From Chiloscyllium plagiosum (lineage: Eukaryota): 64,000 bases of DNA. Numbering within the stretch: position 1 is the stretch's first letter; each line of letters starts with the position of its first letter. The notes under the pieces are model-generated. The model had not been told where the DNA came from. It saw only the letters and a list, made by a program, of their open reading frames with translations, and did not search any database. A program made the translations under genes and the position numbers. The stretch is from assembly GCF_004010195.1 (NCBI RefSeq), contig NC_057731.1:43616623-43680622 (forward strand), written 5' to 3'. This document shows positions 53,101-64,000 of this stretch, piece by piece.

Positions 53101-56100
53101 TTTCTGAAGAACTTGCTGTTGTTAAAACAATGGCAGTGTATCCAGTACCAATACAATGAGAGAATAGTTACAGCATAGGAAATAGCCATTCAGTCAATCA
53201 TGTCTGTGCTAGCTTTCTGCAAGAACAATTCCCTCCTGCCCTAAATAATCAACCTCCTATACAGTATCATTATCTTCTTGGTTCTACTTTCAACAACTCC
53301 ACTTAAAGACATCAATCCCATTTAGCATGTTTATCACCTTATTTACCTGTGCTATTCCCCCTTTACCAAGGCCGCCCCAACCTCTCCCGGTCCCTACACG
53401 ATGTTGAAGAGATATGTTCCAGAATACATTCGCTCACATTTCAACTGATTTTTGTATGTTCTTGGAATGCCGGCATCATTGGCTAGGCCAGCATTTGTTG
53501 ATCATCAGTAATGGACCTGGAACAAGTACTGGTGAGCTGCCATCCTGAAATGCTGCAGTCTTTGCGTGTAGGAACACTCACAGTGCCATTGGGAAAGACA
53601 TCCCAATAATTTGACCCCATGGAAGTGAGGGAATGATGATACAGCTCCAAGACTAGGTGATGTGTGGTTTGGAGAAGAACTTGCATGTGGTGATGTTCCC
53701 AGGCATCTGCTTCTCTTGGTCTCCTACATGGTGAAGGTCGTGGGTTTGGAAGATGCTTCAGAATCCAAAGGTCACTGGACCCAAAATGTTAACTTGGCTT
53801 TATCTCCACAGATGCTGCCAGACCGGCTGAGTTTATCCAGCAATTTCTGTTTATGAGAGCTTTAAGTCATTGCTTTTAGTCAGCAAGTCAGACTTTATAA
53901 TTTGTGAACTAGTCACTCTGTGCCTCCTGCAAGGAAGTGAACTATGGGAATGAAAAGTACCTGGAGAAGAGAAGCAAGTCCAGACAAGCAAAAAGATCAC
54001 CTCAGCAAACCCTGTGGACTTCTTACTGCCTTCCCAGTTTTCCCCTTCCACATAACACCAATGTTTCTCTTTGGCTGTGTGTGTAGGGTGCTTTACAAGG
54101 GAATTACAACAGTTATATTATCTACCTGTCGCTAGAATCTATTTTGTTGATAATAAATAGTAACTCTAGTTAAGCACAGATACCTGGTTTTGTTTTCTGT
54201 TAACCTGCATTTAAAAAGGCAGGTAAATCAGGGAATTTTGGGTACTTCGATAAAATGTGTAACCTTTGTGACAACTCTGGGAATAACAGGGCTTAATTTC
54301 CAGCGCACTACCCTAGTGAGGCATAACAATATGCAGACAGACAGCAGAAATTCACAACCAAATATATATCATCCTGGAATTGAGGGATAGCCAACAACAA
54401 TTCCATGAGTAAACATTTTCTGTTTAGTACCAAGGAAGGAAGGAAGGAAGCCATAACAATTGAAAAAAAATACTTGCACTCAGATTCTTGTCTACTTCAT
54501 CAACATAAACCAAGGTTCAAATGCTCAATGTGAACAGGTTTTGAGATCTCACATCTGATAGTGATGTTGATTCCTCACGTATTACACAAAAAGCAGAACA
54601 ATTTATCACATTTGGATTTTGAATGAGCCACATGTAACTAGTAGCAAACATACTAAACAATAACAAGACTGAAATTATTCGGCCATCTCCAGCCAACTAC
54701 TACTCTTCAGGTATTCAGGGAATCATCATCCCAGTGGTCTATCTGCTCCTAACCTAGTGTCTAACCAACAGTCTGATCAGTATTGGCTATTTCCTGCATT
54801 TGAGAAGTTCCTGGATATGGTGAGGAACAGGAAATCACACAGCAGGTCTAGCACCTTCCCAATGACATCAGGAAGGAGGTCCTTGACCAGGGAGTGGTCC
54901 TTCGCAGGAAGAGGAGAGATTGCAACATATCCCTGTGTAGCAAACCACTCACCTGGTAAGCATTCAGGAAAGTGTAAAAGCATATGGAGGGCAGACAGTC
55001 CGGCCCCAGCTTCACCCGTTTTGTGGCTTCCTTCATTATCATTATCTTGTCCAGTTTGTCAGAATCTTTTAGTTCAGGAAGTGGAATTCTGAAGGTGGTA
55101 AATAAAGACTATTAAAGATATAATCCTTATCACATTCAGAATCCAATTGTGTCTAAATATAAAGTCAGTTCGATACAGGAGGCCATTTGGCCATTTGATC
55201 GACGCTAGCTTTCTGCAGAGCTACAGCTCAACCCTATTCCTCTGTTTTTATTTAAATATTCTTTAATGGGATGTGGACATCTCTGGCTAGGCTACCATTT
55301 ATTGCCCATTCCCATTTGCCCAGAAAGTAGATAATATTTCACCACATTGCTGTCGAATCACATATACAACAGACAAGGTGGATGTCCCTCCTGAAAAGAC
55401 ATTACTGAACCAGATGACTTTTTGACAAGTTACACTGTAGCCAATTTCATCATCTAGCAAGGTGGGACTTGACCTAACATCCCCAGATGCTCTCCACCTT
55501 TGTGGCTCTGCATATTTTCTCCCCCTTAAGTGTAATTCTAATTTGGTTTTAAGTCACGAATCATCTCTGATTCATCCAGCTTCGTAGGCTGTAGGGGTGC
55601 TTGGATAACAGTTCAAAACAGCTTCCAACTTGGCAATCTCACACAGAAGAGATGCAGGTGAAAGTCACAAATGAGGTGCTGGAAAATTGGAGGTTGGCTA
55701 ACATGGTTCCACTATTTAAGAAAGGTGGTAAGGAAAAGCCAGGGAACTATAGACCAGTGAGCCTGACATTGGTGATGGGCAAGTTGAAGGGAATCCTGAG
55801 GGACAGGATTTACATGTATTTGGAAAGGCAAAGACTAATTAGGGATAGTCAACATGGCTTTGTGCGTGGGTAATCATATCGCACTAACTCGATTGTGCTT
55901 TTTGAAGTAGTAACAAAAAGGATAGATGAGGGCAAAGTGGTGGATGTGATCTATATGGACTTCAGTAAGGCATTCAACAAGGTTCCTCATGGTAAACTGG
56001 CTAGCAAGGTTAGATCTCATGAAATACGGGAAGAACTAGCCATTTGGATGCAGAACTAGCTTGAAGGTAGAAGACAGAGGGTGGTGATGGAGGGTTGCCT

Positions 56101-59100
56101 TTCAGACTGGAGGCCTGTGACCAGTGGTATGCTACAAGGATTGGTGCTGGGTCCACTGCTTTTCATCATTTATATAAATGATTTGGATGTGAACATAGGT
56201 GGTGTTAGTAACCTTGCAAATGACATCAAAATTGGAGGTGTAGTGGACAGCAAAGAGGGTTAACTCAGCGTAACCAATGGGCCAAGGAGTGGCAGATGGA
56301 GTTTAATTTAGATAAATGTGAGGTACTGCCTTTTGGAAAGGCCAATCAGGACAGGACTTATTCACTTAATGGTAAGGTTCTGGGGAGTGTTGCTTAAAAA
56401 AAAGACCTTGGAGCGCAGGCTCATAGTTCCTTGAAAATCGAGTCGCAGGTAGATAGGGCAGTGAAGGTGGCATTTGGTATGCTTTTCTTCATTGGTCAGA
56501 GCATTGCGCATAGGAGTTAGGAGGTCATGTTGCAGCTGTACAGGACATTGGTTAAGCCACTCTTGGAATATCATGTGCAATTTTGGTCTCCCTCCTATCG
56601 GAAGGATGTTGTGAAACTTGAAAGGGTTCAGAAAAGATTTACAAGGATGTTGCCAGGGTTGGAGGATTTGAGCTATAGGGAGAGGCTGAATAGGCTAGGG
56701 CTGTTTTCCTGGGAACGTCAGAGGCTGAGGGGTGACCTAATAGAGGTTTATAAAATCATGAGGGATATGAATAGGGTAAATAGACAAGATCTTTTCCCTG
56801 TGGTGGGGGAGTCCAGAACTAGAGGGCATAGATTTAGGGTGAAGGGAAAAATTTAAAAGGAACCAAAGGGGCAACTTTTTCATACAAAGGGTGATGCGTG
56901 TATGGAATGAGCTGCCAGAGGAAGAGGTGCAGACTGGTACAATTACAACATTTAAAAGACATCTTGATAGGTATATGAATAAGAGGGGTTTAGAGGGATA
57001 TGGGCTAAGTGCTGGCAAATGGCACTAGATTAAATTAGGATATCTGGTCAGCATGGACGAGTTGGAGTGAAGGGTTCGGTTTCCGTGCTGAACATCTCTA
57101 TGACTCGAGCTGAAATGGGCCAGGGTTACACTACTAGAGGGTTGAGTGGTCTTAATCCACACTGTATCTGTCCTGGGACAGCTGATGTGTACAGCACAGA
57201 AGAATCGTTACTCTGTATCTAACTCTGTGCTGTACCTGTCCTCCCTCTGTTTGGGACCATGTCGAGGTAGTATCAGCCTACATTCATCAAGACACCAAAT
57301 ATTCTCCCACCCCACCAAGGACTCATTTTGAGATTCTCTTTGGGGCTATTTTCCTTGTTTTTCAGGGCTTCTTGCACATTCTCACTAACTCATTTATTAG
57401 GTGATGCAGTCAAAAGTAACAATAACTCCAATATTTGTGTTGAGACATGGCGAATTAGACTCTTACAGGAGCAGAATTAGAAGAACTTTTCAATGTCCTC
57501 TAATTGCAAGTTTCCATGAAGCATAAAGCCAGAGCAAACCAATGAAAGCATTAATTTCTCACACACCAGTGTATTTAAACTGGCAGAAGGCAATAGGCAC
57601 AAGTCAAAGTTTTGATTTCCAAAATGACTACACACCGTGATAAATAAAAACCATCATCCTAAATACACTTTCCGCATACTGATAAGGTCATGGCTAATGC
57701 ATTTCTATCATATATACACAAAGTTGGAAGAAGTTACTAATCTTTTAAATGCATCTCAGACCTAACTTGCAGATTTAAAAACTGATTGTGTTCATTAGAA
57801 TAGCAAAGACACAATTTTCCCACTCAGTAGTTCCTGATCATATGCAGCCTAAAGCTAGAGACATCACAGTCATTACCATACAATTCACCACACTACTGAT
57901 TTCATTGCTCTTAGTTAGCTGAGTATTCCTTTGTTGACAAGTTTGAAACTATCTTGTTTCTTATTGCAGCCACTCTTTCCTTCCCCATTTGCAGACTGCA
58001 CACACTTCACTCACCCCCAACCCATTTTTTCCAGGCTCTGTGAAAGTGCCTTGCAGCAGTTACGACGAGATTCAGCTGTCTGATACCATGGTGAGAAAGA
58101 TTAAATAATATTCTCCAAAAACAAAGAATGAGCGGTCTTATTGGAAGACAACCAAGGGATGGCACTAGATGAAATGTTCGCTTGGAGAGTCAGTGCAGAC
58201 ATGATAGGCCAAATCGCTTCCAACTGTGTGGTACAGTTGTGAGATAAAGGGGCATACTGTTTAAACATGATTACTATCGCTTTGATTCAAGATTCAGAAA
58301 TGATTTCACTGAGATGTTTATAATGGATGCATACACTACTGTTTCTGCTGGAACAAATCAAGAACAAAGGAACAAAATCTTAAATTTCGAGCCGGATTGT
58401 TCAGAAGCAAAATGGGGGGAAAATAACCATACAGTATAGATCTGGAACGTGCTCCCTTCTGTTAAAGACTGTGAATGCAGCAGTCGACTGAGGCCTTCAA
58501 AACTGAATGATCAATTTTTGTTTGGTAAGATGATTAAATAATACAGAGCAAAAGCAAATGAATGATGTGGAGATCCACAACAGCCATGAGCTAACCAAAC
58601 GATGCTCAAGAGGCTAGATGATGTCCCACTGTTCCCACTATTCACACTCTCTCAAAATTGACTCTACTAGCAACAATCAAGCAGCTCAGCTCTGTATCCA
58701 ATGAAAAGAATAGAAATGATCCAACAGCTGAACAGGATTGAGACTCTATGTAGGTTCACAGAGAGCCAGGAGCTGCAGGAACATATCTCTGTGATTTGTT
58801 GACCCACTCACCTGTTCTGAGGGGGGGCATTGGGGTCCTGCTTCTTGCTCTTTGCACCCAGGCTGTCCTTCTTTGGCTTTTTCTTCTTTGGTTTCCCCTC
58901 CTCGTTCTCTCCTTCTTCATCCTCATCGTCAAGCGGAAGCTCAATCTCTGGCTCCTTCAACAACCCAAAGAACACCTGCCAAGATTTTGACAAGTTAACT
59001 GAGCCCAGTGACCACATGCACCCATCCAGAAATTAAAACTTGGAGCGCAGGGCATTACACTTCAGCAACTAAACATTCCACAGCAAAATCTGGAACACTT

Positions 59101-62099
59101 TATTTGGGGATATTAATCTGTGGAGTATGGGGTTTGGTGTCCTGGGAAAAAGATGCTTGAAGATTAGGATATAGGGTTGCACAGATACTGAACCTGTAGG
59201 AATGTGGTTAGCATCCACATGTTAATGACCCTTTAATGAATGGGGTCTGGGGTCCCAAGATAAAGATCTTGTAAAGACCAGGGCAGGGATCCCAGGATGA
59301 TGATCCTATAGAGAATGGGGTCAGGGATCCCAGGACAAAGATCCTGTAGAGAACGGAGTAGGGATTCCAGGACAATGATCTATAGCGATTCTGTTGAAAG
59401 AGATTATTCCTTACCTTGGTTTTGTTTGCCTCCCTCTTTGCTTCTCCGGCCATTCCCCCAGAAGTCACCTCAATCTGTTGCTTACTCCTCGGCATCCCAT
59501 CAAACACGTCGATGAACAGTTGCTCCTGCACAATGTTCCAGATCTGGTTATTATGCCTCTCCTGTAAGTGACGTTTCAGGCACTGGTATGAGTCCCGTGA
59601 AATCCGTAGCACAAACTTACTGGTCCGAAAATCGAGCACTGTCTCATTCCCCTGCATGTGTTCCTTCTTCGACAGGCCAGCGAGTACTCGCAGGTCGTCA
59701 TGGTAATATCCTTCTTGATCCCCATGATACCTGCAAACAACCAGAAAACAGGTTCAGACAGATTGCAAGAAATGTCAACCATATTCTCAAAGTAGCTCTC
59801 CCAAGATAAACCCATGGAACATAACCCAGACCCATGAACCTGAATTCCAGCAAATTCTTTGTTAACAGCGGCTCCCTGACCCCCATTTTCAACTTTGACC
59901 CATCATCAGGGATTTCTCCTGTTTAAAAGCAAATTAAGTTTACAAGCACAGGAGTTGATCATAAAAGGCTGACGTTTCCAGGAGCTGTCATGTGCAAAGA
60001 GAAACATGCCCTCCTTCACTGAACACAACATATGCACAAGGGGCCTGACCCACAACCGCTAACTTTGCTTCAAGGGAGCTGTGGCCGAGAATAACGTCTG
60101 GGATGCAGATGATAAGAATCCGTCTTCAAGAGAAAGGGTGGGAAGGAGGTTTCTTCTTAGCATGATGCAGGGGAGAGGGCAAATGTAATGGGATGCAGAC
60201 AAGGAAAATGCCCTTGCAGGCTGGAATTCAAAGTGGAAATTAGCTGGCATATTGGAGGGGGAGGTGAGGAAAAACTGGAGAGTTCCATTGTTGAAGCACT
60301 GGAACAGGGCAGCTCATCTCCAAGTCTATTCCACTGTCATTCAATGTGATCATGGCTGATCTCCAACTTAACTCCACACGCCCCACCTTTGCCCCTTAGG
60401 CCATAATATCCTTCTGTAGCAAACAAATCTTATCAACCAAGATTTAACATCAACAGCACTTGTGAAAGAGAACTCCAAACGCCATATATAGCTCTCTTTT
60501 AGATTCAAAGAATCAAACGTTACTTCCATCTCTCCTTGACAAATGCTGCCAGACTTACTGAATCTCTCCAGAAATTTGTTTTTACTCCACGTGTCCAGCA
60601 GTATTGCTTTTACTTAATTCCACTCCTGACAAGTTAGGCTTTTTTGCAAGACTCTGCTACATACTAGACTCCCTAGAACACTTAGTATCCGAGATTCCCC
60701 AGTCAGCAAGAATAGTCTGCTGATCCCAAACCACGTTAAAAACTTGTTTCCAGGGAGTAGATTAGATTAGATTCCTAGAAGTGTGGAAATAGGCCCTTCG
60801 GCCCAACAAGTCCACACCAACCCTCCGAAGAGCAACGCACCCAGTCCCATTTCCCTCTGACTAATGCACCTAACACTATGGGCAATTTAGCATGGCCAAT
60901 TCAGCATGGCCAATTCACCTGACCTGCACATCTTTGGACTGGTGAGAATGTGGAAACTCCACACAGTCGCCAGAGGCTGGAATCGAATCTGGGACCCTGG
61001 TGCTGTGAGGTAGCAGTGCTAACCACCCGAGCCACCTGGATTACAACACCAGATACATAACCTGTTACTGTACAAAGTTAAAAATCACACAACACCAGGT
61101 TATAGTCCAACAGGTTTAATTGGAAGCACACAAACCTGTTGGACTATAACCTGGTGTTGTGTGATTTTTAACTTTGTACACTCCAGTCCAACACCGGCAT
61201 CTCCAAATCTGTTACTGTATTTAACCAAGACAATCCAGATAGGATTCTGCAGAATCTACAGTGCACTCTTCTACGATGTCTGCGCAATATATTCAGCTCA
61301 AGTTCAATACAAATCGTAACCATAAGGATGAACTATTAAGGATACTACAGCCATTATTATATTGATGATATTCCAAATATTGAGAATAATTTGATGGTAT
61401 TGGGGCCCCTCACTTGTGGAAGAAATGCCGAGCTTCCCTCTCATGCTCGTTGTAAACCAGCTCCAGGTAAAGATGCACGAAGACGGGGTACAGGAGAGTG
61501 GACAGCTCGGCTTTGAAGGCGTCCAGCGCCGTCTCGATGAAGCCCTTGAGGCCGGTGTAGTATTCCTCGTACAGGCTCGGGTCGCCCTCATTGCTGTAGG
61601 CCGAAAGCACCGAGCTGACGTCGGGCTGATGAACCGAGTCCGATCCCCTGTGGCCGGCCGTCCTCAGCAGCGACTCGTCCAGACTCTCCTGCAGGTTGGC
61701 CTCCTTCCTCAGGATCTCCTCGGCCTCTTTGAAGTGGTTCTTCTTCAGGAACTGCAGCACAGCCAGCAGCGTCTGTTTGTCGGGCAGCTCAGGCGCTGGG
61801 CCCGGGACTGGAGCCGGGCCTGCAGCGGGAGCGGGGCCCGGGACTGGGACTGGGGCCGGGGCCGGGGCTGGAGCTGGGCCTGCGGCCGGACCCGGCTTGT
61901 GGTTTTCGGCCGGACTTTCACTCGGCTCCAGTTTGGGGACCAGGGTGGGAGAGGGGGTGGGGGACGGTGAAGGAGCGGGAGAAGGTGTCGGGGCTGGGGT
62001 TGGGCCTGGGGAAGGGGAGGGAGCAGGGCCTGGGCCCGGAGTTGAGGCCGACGCCGGGGCCTCACTTTGTGCCGCCGCCGGCTCTGACACCGCCGCCAT
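46944..62099 (-). CDS. TAF5: TFIID subunit 5 (LisH/NTD2 + WD40 repeats), complete, 10 coding exons, 763 aa
   Basis: [10 protein letters not shown] LisH-like segment, [16 protein letters not shown]2, WD40 repeats ([31 protein letters not shown]), C-terminal NLLLAAGAY; exons total 2292 nt in frame. Confidence 0.97.
48427..48604 (-). CDS. TAF5: TAF5 exon 9
   Basis: tcccag| acceptor, |gtgaga donor, 178 nt. Confidence 0.94.
48711..48888 (-). CDS. TAF5: TAF5 exon 8
   Basis: cctcag| acceptor, |gtatga donor, 178 nt; [13 protein letters not shown]. Confidence 0.94.
50661..50825 (-). CDS. TAF5: TAF5 exon 7
   Basis: gtccag| acceptor, |gtgagt donor, 165 nt; [17 protein letters not shown]. Confidence 0.94.
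51033..51175. mobile_element. Family B mini-element with 15-bp TSD
   Basis: ctccagcaaaataga at 51018-51032 and 51176-51190; gggtcacttgacctGAAAtgttaactc. Confidence 0.82.
51830..51959 (-). CDS. TAF5: TAF5 exon 6
   Basis: cactag| acceptor, |gtaagg donor, 130 nt. Confidence 0.93.
52921..53041 (-). CDS. TAF5: TAF5 exon 5
   Basis: gcacag| acceptor, |gtaaaa donor, 121 nt; [21 protein letters not shown]. Confidence 0.93.
53850..54328 (+). mobile_element. Possible solo LTR
   Basis: Ends tg(t)ttatg...cataaca; internal AATAAA near 54151. Confidence 0.35.
54953..55088 (-). CDS. TAF5: TAF5 exon 4
   Basis: cttcag| acceptor, |gtgagt donor, 136 nt; IPLPELKD...PSICFYT. Confidence 0.93.
55660..57105 (+). 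mobile_element. CR1 (HER1-like) LINE 3' half
   Basis: [45 protein letters not shown]. Confidence 0.92.
58812..58975 (-). CDS. TAF5: TAF5 exon 3
   Basis: tggcag| acceptor, |gtgagt donor, 164 nt. Confidence 0.93.
59230..59385. repeat. ~35-bp minisatellite just downstream of the TAF5 exon 2 donor
   Basis: About 4 units of gggatcccaggacaaagatcctgtagagaatgggg. Confidence 0.75.
59415..59730 (-). CDS. TAF5: TAF5 exon 2
   Basis: ttgcag| acceptor, |gtaagg donor, 316 nt. Confidence 0.94.
60759..61036 (-). mobile_element. HE1/V-SINE
   Basis: tagattagattagattc tail; tRNA-like head on the minus strand. Confidence 0.82.
61073..61208. mobile_element. Palindromic family C mini-element with 11-bp TSD
   Basis: ctgttactgta at 61062-61072 and 61209-61219; perfect inverted arms. 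Confidence 0.88.
61414..62099 (-). CDS. TAF5: TAF5 exon 1 (CpG island)
   Basis: ATG in CAAAATGGCGGCGG context; |gtgagg donor at 61413. Confidence 0.93.
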
Positions 62100-62145
62100 T
62101 TTGACAGCGTTTGAGCGTTTCACGACACCACCTCTCTTTATAAAG
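62091..62145 (-). promoter_or_regulatory. TAF5 core promoter: TATA-like box plus YY1/TISU-like start context
   Basis: TATAAAG at 62142-62136; CAAAATGGCGGC spanning the ATG. Confidence 0.5.
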
Positions 62146-62340
62146 TGGACGCCTCGTTTTACGGCAGTTTGGGCAAGTCGCTGCTCATCATTGTGTATGA
62201 CAGTTTGGGCAAATTGGAAATCGCTTTACGGATGAACGGGTGTGCCATTTTGAAGACAATGCTAAATACTAAGGCAAAACAAAACCTTAAATCCTGTGAC
62301 TCAGATTTCAACACGACTGATGTCAGATTTCACTATCAAC

Positions 62341-62405
62341 TGAAAGCTAGTGTGCTTCCAATTAAACCTGTTGGACTATAACCTGGTGTTGTGTGATTTT
62401 TAACT
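62341..62405 (+). mobile_element. Family C fragment in the TAF5 promoter region
   Basis: gaaagctagtgtgcttccaattaaacctgttggactataacctgg; aactgaaa on both sides. Confidence 0.75.
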
Positions 62406-63951
62406 GAAAAACAAAACAGGGACAAGTTTAACAGTATTATGAAAGCTTTTACAAAAAAATTAGTTACATTCTCACTGTACAAATACAACTTTAAAACTCA
62501 AAGCAACCCATGATCATCAACATGGGCCAAACTGGTCAAAGTTGGGAGCCATACGAATCCTCAGTGTGGCTCTGGTGGCAAAAGTTGTAGGACAGGCCCT
62601 TTCTTTGTATACAGTCAGCAGAACAGTAAGCCCAGGGGTGTTGGCCCTCGAGTGCATTTTTCTTCCTTTCAGAACAATCCTAATGTAATCTTTGTGACCC
62701 ATCACTTGTATCTTTGCAAAGAATCCAAAGCAACAGAGAAGCCAAAAAGCATCTCATGAAACACAGGGAATTCTGTTACCCTGCAAGTCACCCACATCAT
62801 ACCCTGCTTGAATCGTCAACATGCATTCCACTGTGAGAAAAATTGATCAGCTTTAGTGTCAGAATTTTGTGAAACAGAAAATTCAGTGTAATTTACAAAG
62901 TATCAGCATTTTTATTTATCTCAAGGTTACTTATGCTGCTTAGTGATAACTGGAAAATTAAGGCATGTCACCAAGGAAAGAAAAATGTGTTCATATAGTG
63001 ATAACTGGAAAATGTTACTCAATATAATTAATTGGTATTAATTATTAACTCATTCGCTTAATATTGGAACAAATTTCCCTGCCAACCTTTAGCACAATCT
63101 TGATCCCCGGCCAGTGCCTCAACTTGATCAGACTGTTCTGAACATTTCCACTTCATTCAATTGTGGGACATAAGCAATTTTTGTCAATCCCTAGTTACTC
63201 TTGAGAAAGTGGTGGTGAGCTGTCTTCTTGAACAGTTACATTCCATCTCTCATAGGAACTCCCCATGTCATTAGTGAGAGAGTTTCAGAATTTTGATCCG
63301 CGACACTGAAGGAATGGTGATATATTTCCAAGTCAGGATGATGTGTAGGTCGGAGATGAACTTGCAGGTAGTAGTGTTCCCATGTATCTGCTACCCTTGT
63401 CTTTTTAGGCAGTAGAGACGTCAAAATTTGAAAGTGCTATCAAAGGAGCCATGGTAAGTTGGTGCAGGGCATCTTGTACATTGTATACACTTCTGCCATT
63501 GTGCATCAGTGGTGAAGGGAGTGAATGTTGAAGCTGGTGGATGGGGTGCCAACCAAGTGTGCTGGATGATGTTGAGGTTCTTGAGTTTTGTAGGAGCTGT
63601 ACTCAAACAGGCAAGTGCAGAGTATTTCATTACACTCCTATTTTGTGCTCTATAGATGGTGAACAGGTATTCCAGAGACTGGAGGTGAGTTGCTCACCAC
63701 AGAATTCCCAGCCTTGAAACTGCTGTTGTAGCCACAGTATTTATATTGCTAGTCTAGTTCAATTTTTGTTCAATGGTAACTCCAGGATGTTGACATTGTG
63801 GAATTCAGCAATGGTTCTGCCATTGGCCATCAAGGGGTGATGGTTAGATTCTCTCTTTTTGAAGATAGGTATTGTCTGGCACTTGTGTGGCAAGACTGTT
63901 GTTTGCTACTTATTACACCAGACTTTGATATTGTCAAGGTCTTGCTCTTTA

Positions 63952-64000
63952 TGTTAAAAATCACACAACACCAGGTTATAGTCCAACAGGTTTAATTGGA
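63952..64000 (-). mobile_element. Family C element, truncated by window end
   Basis: gttaaaaatcacacaacaccaggttatagtccaacaggtttaattgga. Confidence 0.8.

Noticed and set aside
61416-62235. Long plus-strand ORFs (184 and 179 aa)
   Set aside because: Antisense shadows of the GC-rich, repetitive TAF5 exon 1.

Overview
This is eukaryotic, intron-rich vertebrate DNA. The repeat content (HE1/V-SINEs, DeuSINE-like SINEs, abundant CR1 LINEs) points to a cartilaginous fish, probably a shark (inferred). The window holds the conserved PDCD11(RRP5) <- -> ATP5MK(USMG5/DAPIT) -> <- TAF5 block. PDCD11 is on the minus strand with 23 coding exons traced in phase (about 1170 codons) and continues past the window start. 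ATP5MK is on the plus strand, a 61-aa micro-protein on two coding exons that the ORF track misses. TAF5 is on the minus strand, complete, with 10 coding exons and 763 aa. PDCD11 and ATP5MK share a CpG-rich bidirectional promoter near 38.2-38.7 kb. The most striking unexplained structure is a dense population (15 or more copies) of miniature, often palindromic Penelope-derived elements in three sequence families. Each family carries a minimal hammerhead-ribozyme core with its own stem sequences, and many copies are flanked by 11-16 bp target-site duplications. Other points of interest are a U12-type intron in PDCD11, a candidate overlapping uORF in PDCD11, and a Pro/Ala-repeat TAF5 N-terminus around a KLEP motif. 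All coordinates were read by eye; repeat boundaries are approximate and no database searches were run.
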